Shown in pieces: positions 40,232 to 48,082 of a stretch of 64,000 bases of DNA (positions within the stretch are counted from its first letter, which is position 1; each line of letters opens with the position of its first letter). Position numbers and translations under genes: made by a program. This stretch comes from an uncultured Actinomycetes bacterium (lineage in GTDB: Bacteria > Actinomycetota > UBA4738 > HRBIN12). Location of the stretch: assembly GCA_963728665.1 (NCBI GenBank), contig CAVSLG010000018.1, forward strand, positions 134,431-198,430, given 5' to 3'. The notes below the pieces were generated by a model, which was not told the origin of the DNA, made no database searches, and saw only the letters and a program-made list of their open reading frames with translations.

Positions 40232-41156
40232 GTGCAGCTCACCGACCCGCAGCGGCGCACCCTCGAGGGCCTGATCGGCACCGGCGACCGTCCGACGTTC
40301 CCGGCCGACCTCGCGCAGCGGCTCCGCGACCGCATCGAGGGCGCCGCCCGCGAGCTCGAGCTCGCCGAGCCGCTGTGGCTCGGCAAGGAGAAGCTCAACC
40401 AGCACCAGCGATGCGAGGGGCTGTTTCGGTCCGTGCTCGCCGGCGAGGCGCCGCCGTTCGCGCACTCGGCGCGGAGCGCCCACGGCGTGCTGCTGCACAA
40501 GGCGATCGAGGTCGAGGTCGGCGCGCGCGACGGCATGGACCCACACGAGATCGCGCAGGTCGCAGTAGGCCGCGTGCTCGAGCGAGAGGAGCGGTTCGGC
40601 GAGTACTGGCGCGAACTCTCGGCGTCCGAACAGGACGACGCCTTGATGGAGGTCGCGCGGCGGGTGACCCTGTTCCAGGGGTCGTTCCCGCCGCTGAAGC
40701 CCTTGCGACGCGAGCTCTCACCGATCAGCGAGCTGCGGGTGCGCGCCGAGCTGCTCGGCGGCGACCTCGTCCTCTCGGGTCAGATCGACCTCGTGCTCGG
40801 CACGCCCGACCGGCTCGAGCCGAACCGTGCTACCCGGCTCGTCGTCGACCTGAAGACCGGGTCCGCGTTCCCCGAGTTCGCCGAGGACATGCGCTTCTAC
40901 GCGCTCGTGATGACGCTGCGGTTCGGGGTGCCTCCGTACCGCGCGGCGTCGTTCTTCCTCGAGAGCGGAACGTGGCAGGCGGAGGACGTCACCGAAGAGC
41001 TCCTGCAGCACGCCGCCGATCGAGCGATCGCCGCGGCTCGGGCCGCAGCGGCCCTGTCGAACGGCCGCGAGCCTGCCCTCACCCCGGGCGTGTACTGCTC
41101 GTGGTGCCCGCAAGCGGCCAGCGTGCGCGGTCGCCGAGCTCCCGCCCGCGGTCTGA
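40232..41156 (+). CDS. PD-(D/E)XK RecB/Cas4-like nuclease (C-terminal indel)
   Basis: RC..G..LH, GQIDLV, VVDLKTG, MRFYAL, CSWCP..C. Confidence 0.85.
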
Positions 41157-41243
41157 CCGGGGGCCCTGGCCGCAGGTCGGCCCTCGTCGCCGTCGATAAC
41201 ATGCGGGCCTGTCGTCCGACGCGTGGAAGGTGGTGAGATACTG

Positions 41244-42488
41244 ATGGGCAAGGACCTGTACGAGCATCGGGGAGATCCCGCCGATCGGCGAGGTGCCGAA
41301 GCAGATGCACGCGCAGCTCGTGCGGCCCGATCGCTTCGGCGATCCGACGACGGCGATCCTCGACGAGGTCGTCGACGTGCCCGAGCTCGGGCCGCACGAC
41401 GCGCTCGTGATGGTCATGGCCGTCGGGCGTGAACTTCAACAACGTCTGGGCGGCGTGGGGCAAGCCGATCGACGTCACGAAGGGCCAGGCACGCTTCGGG
41501 GAGCCGACCGACTTCCACATCGTGGGCTCCGACGCTGCCGGCGTCGTCTACGCCGTGGGCGACCAGGTCACGAACGTCGAGGTCGGTGACCGGGTCGTCG
41601 TGCACGCCGGGCAGTGGGACCTCGACGACCCCTGGGTGAAGACGCGGGCGCGACCCGGGCCTCGCCGCCTCGTTCCGCGTGTGGGGTTACGAGACGTGCT
41701 GGGGCGGCACCGCGCAGTTCTGCAAGGTGCAGGCCCACCAGTGCCTGCCGAAGGCCGACTTCCTCACATGGGAGGAGGCCGCGACCCCCACACTCACGGG
41801 CGCGACCGCCTACCGCATGCTCTTCGGCTGGCCGCCGCACACCGTCGAGCCCGGCGACGCGGTACTCGTCTGGGGCGCGAGCGGCGGGCTCGGCTCGCTC
41901 GCGGTGCAGCTCGTCGCGAACGCCGGCGGGCGCGCGATCGCGGTCGTGAGCAGCGAGGAGAAGGGCGAGTTCGCGAAGCAGCTCGGCGCGGTCGGGTACA
42001 TCAACCGCAAGGACTTCGACCACTGGGGCATCCCGCCGCACTCGAGCAGCCCCGAGTGGAAGACGTGGTTCGACGGCGCGAAGGCGTTCGGCAAGGCGAT
42101 CTGGGACGTGCTCGGCGAGCGGGTGAACCCGCGCATCGTGTTCGAGCACCCGGGCGAGGACACGATCCCGACGTCGATCTTCGTGGCCGACCGAGGCGGC
42201 ATGGTCGTGATCTGCGCCGGCACCTCGGGCTACGACACGTTGGTCGACGTGCGCTACCTGTGGTTCCTGCAGAAGCGCTACCAGGGCTCGCACCTGTTCA
42301 ACGACGAGCAGGCCGCGGCGTTCAACGACCTGGTGTGCGACGGCAAGATCCAGACGACGCTCGGCAAGGTCTTCCCGTACGAGGAGACCGGACTCGCGCA
42401 CCAGCTGATGGGCGAGGGCACGCTCCCCGAGGGCAACGTCACCGTGCTCGTGAACGCCCCGGAGGAAGGCCTCACCGACCTGCCGTAG
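41244..42488 (+). CDS. ccr: Crotonyl-CoA carboxylase/reductase (frameshifted)
   Basis: [61 protein letters not shown]. Confidence 0.9.
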
Positions 42489-42526
42489 CCCTTGTCCGAC
42501 CCCGGGGAGACTGCCATCCTCCGGGC

Positions 42527-43101
42527 ATGCCATGGGGTGAGTCGATCGTGGCCACGCTGGTTGACGACATCGAAGGGCTGAACCGCAGCTTCGTCGACGT
42601 CGTCGACGCCCTCGAAGAAGATGTCTTCCATCGACGGCATGGAGGAACCGCACCCTCCATCGCCTTCCACCTCTGGCACGTCGCCCGATGGGCAGACCTC
42701 TTCCAGTCCCGCGTTTCCACGTTCTCGGCCAGGCTCGAGCGGCTCGGCCCCCGCGAGGAAATCTGGACGAGTCGATACTCGCAGATGCTTGGGAGATGTC
42801 CGGACCGTTGGGTATCAACGACAGCGGATGGGGACTCGACGACGACGCCTCGGCTGCGCTTCCCTTGCCGAGACGAAACGACGTCGTGACCTATGCGGAG
42901 GCGAGCTTCCTCGCGGCCGAGGAGGTGTTCGCCTGCCTTCGGGACGACGAGCTCCTCGAGCGAACGGCCAACTTCTATAACGACGAGCCCTGGACGGTAT
43001 TGGATCACTTCGGCTGGTACTCGGGCCATTCGAGCCGCCATCTCGGCATGATCGAAGCCCTGAAGGGGGTCTTCGGCATCCGTGGAACGGCGACGTCTTA
43101 G
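42527..43101 (+). CDS. DinB family protein (frameshifted)
   Basis: SIAFHLWHVARWAD ... HSSRHLGMIEALKG. Confidence 0.8.
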
Positions 43102-43911
43102 TCCGGCCGATCGGTCCAGCGGACCGTGAACAAGAGGACCGGTTGCTCGAAACCCCTGAGCTCCACGGCGCCCCGATCCTCGAATGTGAACGGCTTGCCG
43201 GCGGCGAGGTCCCTGACCGCCGAGGTCACGAGGATCTCGCTCGGCTCGGCGGTCGAGCACGCGCGGGCCGCGAGGTTGACGGCCGTCCCGAAGAGTCGGC
43301 GGTTCCGCTCCACGGGTTCGCCGGCCGCCATCCCGATACGGAGTGAGAACCTGGAAGTCGCCGGTAGATCCTGCGACTCGATCGCTCGTTGGATCTCGAT
43401 CGCGCAGGTAAGGGCGGCGTTGACCGAATCGAAGGAGACCATCATCCCGTCGCCGGTGTGATCGATCTCTCGGCCGTGGCACCGCGTGACCTGTTCGCGC
43501 ACCGATCGATCGTGAGCGAGGACGACCTCCATCGCCCCGACCTCCCCGAGCCGAGCGATGTTGTCCGTGGAACCGACGATATCGGTGATCAAGATGATGC
43601 GGAGTCCCGACCAGTCGGTGGGTGTCTCCGTGGAAGCGATCGTCGGCCCGAGGAACAGCTCGATCGCGTCGGGGTCGACCTCGATGAGCTCCTCGGGGCC
43701 GACCCCGTGCGCGGCCGTATGAGCCGCTACGACGGCGTCGCGGGTCGGGGAGTCGACGAGACAGAAGGTCACGCCGGCCGTCTCATCGAAGAAGTAGGAC
43801 GTGAACCGAACCCCGAACCGATCCTGAACCTCGAGGTCGCGTCCGTGCGCTCGGGCGACGTCGTTTCGCGGAGAGTCCCGCGGTGGAGTGACGATCCATG
43901 AAGAGCGGCAT
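43098..43911 (-). CDS. SCO4226/DUF4242 nickel-binding domain fused to a class III cyclase (frameshift near 43865)
   Basis: MPLFMDRH..VARAH..DLEVQ..FCLVDSP..H..AHG; ITDIVGST, HTGDG, FGTAVNLAAR. Confidence 0.85.
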
Positions 43912-43952
43912 CGGCGCGAACCATCCTTACGACTGCCGACGTTCGGGCGAGG

Positions 43953-44366
43953 TCAGCGTTCCTGCACGAGCTCGACGAGCACGCCGCCCATCGAGCGCGG
44001 GTGCACGAACGCGATCAGCGTGTCGCGCGACCCCGGCCGTGGCGCCTCGTCGATCAGTTGCGGCGCCCTGCCGCGCGAAGGTGCGCGAGCGCGGCCGCGA
44101 CGTCGTCGACCCGGTAGGCGATGTGATGCAGGCCGGGGCCCCGCGAGGCGAGCGATCGGCCGACCGGCGTGTCGGGGCCGAGGGCGCCGAGCAGCTGCAC
44201 GTACGACGAGCCGACGGCGAACAGCACCTCCTCGACGCCCTGGTCGTCGACGCGCTCGCGGTGCGAGGGCTCGACGCCGAGCAGGCGCCGGTAGTCGCTC
44301 GACGGCGGCCTCGAGGTCGGGCACGGCGATGCCCACGTGGTCGATGTCGATGAGCTCGATCGTCAC
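43953..44366 (-). CDS. mce: Methylmalonyl-CoA epimerase (frameshifted)
   Basis: IDHVGIAV, QGVEE, GLHHIAYRV, PRPGSR..IAFVHPRSMGGVLVELVQ. Confidence 0.9.
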   Translation of the reverse strand: MTIELIDIDHVGIAVPDLEAAVERLPAPARRRALAPRARRRPGRRGGAVRRRLVVRAAARRPRPRHAGRPIARLAGPRPASHRLPGRRRRGRARAPSRGRAPQLIDEAPRPGSRDTLIAFVHPRSMGGVLVELVQER

Positions 44367-44759
44367 GACCGCCGCGCCTCGTCGTTGCGGCCGAGCGTGG
44401 GTTGCATGCGCGCGATCAGGTCGTGAGCCTCGGTCACGTGGTAGGCGGGAAGGGTGAGCGCTCTGCGTCACGGCGGCGACGCCGAGGGCACGCAGGTCGG
44501 GCTCGGGTTTCCTGCCGGTCGCCGGCGACGGCGAGGCTCCCAGCACGTAGAACTCCACGAGCTCCAGGAACTGCACCAACGACGGCACCAGCCCGCCGCG
44601 CTCATAGGCGTAGATCGTCTGGCGTGACGCGGGGCAGCCCGGCGCGGCGGCGGCGGTCTCCGCCGACCGGTATCCGGCGGCGCGACGCACCTCCCGCAAC
44701 AGAGCGCCGATCACCGCTCTGTCGTCGTCGCTGATCGGAGGATGCTTCTTCCGGGCCAC
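44363..44759 (-). CDS. XRE-like HTH regulator (frameshifted)
   Basis: IGALLREVRRAAG..SRQTIYAYERGGLVPSL; TACAGT -10 box before GTG; GTGA overlap with mce. Confidence 0.75.
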
Positions 44760-44931
44760 GAGCTGCACTGTAACGGCTTCCGACTTGGGACCCCGGTCCG
44801 ATGCCGCGACGTGCGGTGGGCCTTCTGGGCCGAAGGACCGATGTCCGGGGGAGGCCGCCCGGCGTAGGGTGGTCCCCTCGGAACGTGACATCGAGGGGGA
44901 ACCGAGCCCACGCACGCGTGAGGAGTTGCCC

Positions 44932-46764
44932 GTGTCGAACAAGGAACCGGCCGACGCGACTACCCTGCTGAAGGGGTCGCTGCTCCTGCAGAAGGGGCGT
45001 GCCGACGTATTCCGCAAGCGCGAGCGCACGAAGCTCAAGCGGGTCGTCCGCGCGATCGTGGTCGTGTTCCTCGTGGACTGGTACCTGTTCCGTCGCTACT
45101 CGAGCGGCAACCCGCTCACGCTGCCCTCGCTGCCCGACGACTGGGTCTTCCTGCTGTTCCCCCTGCTGATCCTGATCCCCGTGATGATCATGGTGGCCCT
45201 GCCCCTGATCAACGGGAAGTCGCCGCATATCACGGTCTATCCCGAGCAGGTGGAAGCGGCCCTCACCGACATCAAGGGCCTCGATACGCAGGTCGACGAG
45301 GTCGTTCGCTCGCTCGACGTGTTCCTCGGCTATGCGACCTTCAAGGACGAGCTCGGCGGCACGCCCCGCCGAGGCATCCTGTTCGAGGGGCCGCCGGGGA
45401 CCGGCAAGACCTACCTGGCGAAGGCGATGGCCAAGCAGGCCGGCGTGCCGTTCCTGTTCATCTCGGCGCCAGCGTTCCAGTCGATGTGGCAGGGCATGAC
45501 CGCCTACCGCATCCGCTCGTTCTTCAAGGCTCTCCGCAAGGCCGCGCGAAAGGAAGGGGGCGCGATCGGTTTCATCGAGGAGATCGACGCGATCGGCATG
45601 GCGCGCGGCGGGGTGAGCAAGTCGGAGCCCGCCGCAGGGGTACCTGGGGGCATGGCTCGGACCACCGAGGCATTCATGGGCTCGGGCGACGGCGGCTCGA
45701 TGGTGAACGAGCTCCTGATCCAACTGCAGTCGTTCGACCAGCCTCCGCTGCGCAAGCGCCTTCGGGCCCGCATGATCGGTTGGATCAACGCGTACCTGCC
45801 GAGCGACCGGCAGCTCACCCCGATCAAATCGGAGTACCACAACATCCTGCTGATCGCGGCCACGAACCGCGGCGACGCACTCGACCCGGCGCTCGTGCGC
45901 CCAGGGCGGTTCGACCGCCGGCTGTACTTCGACGTGCCGACGAAACAGGGCCGCCTGGATCTGATCGACTACTTCTTGGACCGCAAGCGTCACCACCAGC
46001 AACTCGACGATCGCTCGATGCGCGAGCGCATCGCCTACGAGACGTTCGGCTACACGCCCGTGATGATCGAGCACCTCTTCGATGAGGGGTTGCTGCTCGC
46101 GCTTCGAGAGGGCCGTCGCGAGGTGAACTTCGACGACGTACTCGAGGCGAAGTTCAACGAGGAGATCGGCCTGAAGCAGCCGGTCGTCTACACCGAGCAG
46201 GACCGCGAGGCCGTGGCCACCCACGAGGCCGGTCACGCCACCGTCGCCTACTTCGTGGGTCAGAATCGACGGCTCGAGGTGCTGTCGATCATCAAGCGCC
46301 GCGCGTCGCTCGGGCTGCTCGCCCATGGCGACTCCGAGGAACGCTTCACCCGCACGCGCAGCGAGATCGAGGCGGGCATCGCGATCGCCCTCGGCGGCCT
46401 GGTGGCCGAGGAGCTCTGCATCGGCGACACGGGCACCGGTCCTGCGGCGGACCTGGCGCACGCCACGAGCCTCGCGGCCAGCATGGTTGGATCGTTCGGC
46501 ATGGCAGGCTCGCTGATCTCGTTCGACGCGATCACCGATGGGCCGATCGGGGGTCCGAACCTCGTGGGCAAGGTGCTCGCCGACAAGGAAGGCCGTCAGC
46601 GGGTCGAGGACATCCTCGAGCAGCAGCGGCAGCGCGTGCGCGAAGTGCTCGAGCTGAACGCCGACGTGCACGCGGCGCTCCGTGACGCGCTGATCGCCCG
46701 TGACGAGCTCGTGCGCGACGAGATCCTCGAAGTGGTCGAACGGTCCCTCGCGGCCCGTCCCTGA
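44932..46764 (+). CDS. FtsH-like membrane AAA+ metalloprotease
   Basis: Two TM, GPPGTGKT, ATNR..LDPALVRPGRFDR, HEAGH zinc motif, GPAADL. Confidence 0.9.
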   Translation: MSNKEPADATTLLKGSLLLQKGRADVFRKRERTKLKRVVRAIVVVFLVDWYLFRRYSSGNPLTLPSLPDDWVFLLFPLLILIPVMIMVALPLINGKSPHITVYPEQVEAALTDIKGLDTQVDEVVRSLDVFLGYATFKDELGGTPRRGILFEGPPGTGKTYLAKAMAKQAGVPFLFISAPAFQSMWQGMTAYRIRSFFKALRKAARKEGGAIGFIEEIDAIGMARGGVSKSEPAAGVPGGMARTTEAFMGSGDGGSMVNELLIQLQSFDQPPLRKRLRARMIGWINAYLPSDRQLTPIKSEYHNILLIAATNRGDALDPALVRPGRFDRRLYFDVPTKQGRLDLIDYFLDRKRHHQQLDDRSMRERIAYETFGYTPVMIEHLFDEGLLLALREGRREVNFDDVLEAKFNEEIGLKQPVVYTEQDREAVATHEAGHATVAYFVGQNRRLEVLSIIKRRASLGLLAHGDSEERFTRTRSEIEAGIAIALGGLVAEELCIGDTGTGPAADLAHATSLAASMVGSFGMAGSLISFDAITDGPIGGPNLVGKVLADKEGRQRVEDILEQQRQRVREVLELNADVHAALRDALIARDELVRDEILEVVERSLAARP

Positions 46765-46812
46765 CCTGGGCGCGCCGACCGTGCCGTGCGGTTAGGTGGA
46801 TACACTCGTCGC

Positions 46813-47994
46813 ATGACGAGGTCGGTCATCGTGGCGGGCGCACGCACGCCGATCGCACGGTTCAACGGTTCGCTGGCCGGGTTGCGCGCCGTCGATCTCG
46901 GCGCGATCGCGATCCGCGAGGCGCTCGCGAGAGCCGGGGTTGCGACCGACCAGGTCGAGTACACGATCATGGGTCACGTGCTGCAGGCCGGGCAGGGTCA
47001 GATCACCGCCCGACAGGCCGCGGTCGCGGCAGGCATCCCGGTCGAGACGCCGGCCGTCACGATCAACAAGGTCTGCTTGTCGGGCACATCGGCGGTCGCG
47101 ATGGCCGATCAGATGATCCGGGCCGGTGAGCTCGAGGTCGCGGTCGCCGGGGGTATGGAATCGATGACGAACGCCCCCTTCGTGCTGCCGAAGGCCCGCG
47201 CCGGGTCGCGCCTCGGCGACTCGCCGATGCTCGACACGATGATCCACGACGGCCTGTGGTGTGCGTTCGACGACCGGCACATGGGGGAGGGCACCGACGC
47301 GGTCAACGCCGAGCTCGGCATCGGTCGCGAGGAACAGGACGCGTGGGCGGCGCGTTCTCATGCCCGAGCCAACGAGGCATGGGAAATGGGCCGCCTGGCC
47401 GAGGAGGTCGTCGCCGTCGACGTGCCGCAGCGCAGAGGCGACCCGATGCGGTTCGACCGTGACGAGGGCATCCGTGCCGAGACGACCGCTGAGACCCTCG
47501 CGGGCCTGCGGCCGGCGTTCACCGACGACGGCACGGTGACGGCGGGCAACGCGTCGCAGATCTCCGACGGTGCGGCGGCGATCGTCGTGATGAGCGAGCA
47601 CAGTGCCGAGCAGCTCGGGCTCGAGCCGATCGCGGAGATCGTTGCCTTCGGCATGTCGGCGGACCGGTATCCGTCGCTGCAGACGGTGCCCGCCCTCGCG
47701 CTCGAGAAGGCGCTCAAGAAGTCCGGCCTCGCGGCCTCGGACCTCGGGGTCGTCGAGGTGAACGAGGCGTTCGCCGCGGTGGCGCTGCACGCGAGTCGCA
47801 TGCTCGAACTCGACGACGCGATCGTGAACGTCAACGGCGGCGCAGTGGCTCTGGGGCATCCGATCGGCGCGAGCGGCGCCCGCCTCGTGCTCACGGCCGC
47901 GATGGAGATGCGCCGCCGCGGTGCCGACCTCGGGGCCGTGGCGATCTGCGGCGGTGGTGGCCAGGGCGACGCCCTCGTGCTGCGCCGGCGGTAG
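46813..47994 (+). CDS. Acetyl-CoA C-acetyltransferase (thiolase)
   Basis: NKVCLSG, NEAFA, GHPIGASG, ICGGGGQG. Confidence 0.95.
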   Translation: MTRSVIVAGARTPIARFNGSLAGLRAVDLGAIAIREALARAGVATDQVEYTIMGHVLQAGQGQITARQAAVAAGIPVETPAVTINKVCLSGTSAVAMADQMIRAGELEVAVAGGMESMTNAPFVLPKARAGSRLGDSPMLDTMIHDGLWCAFDDRHMGEGTDAVNAELGIGREEQDAWAARSHARANEAWEMGRLAEEVVAVDVPQRRGDPMRFDRDEGIRAETTAETLAGLRPAFTDDGTVTAGNASQISDGAAAIVVMSEHSAEQLGLEPIAEIVAFGMSADRYPSLQTVPALALEKALKKSGLAASDLGVVEVNEAFAAVALHASRMLELDDAIVNVNGGAVALGHPIGASGARLVLTAAMEMRRRGADLGAVAICGGGGQGDALVLRRR

Positions 47995-48082
47995 CGGACC
48001 ACCCGCGAACGGCGACCGGGTCGACCCCCGCCGAACGGCCATCGGGGCGCCCCCTCGTCGCCCCGCCGACCCGTTCGGGAGC

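Noticed and set aside
40232-41156. CRISPR adaptation module
   Set aside because: No cas1, cas2 or array in the window.
7306-44759. Mass pseudogenisation or programmed frameshifting in npdG, hydrolase, carboxylase, birA, glycosyltransferases, ccr, mce and others
   Set aside because: These are single-base indels with no in-frame stops that I noticed and intact motifs, clustered regionally and hitting core genes. This is most consistent with long-read consensus errors; read polishing would decide.
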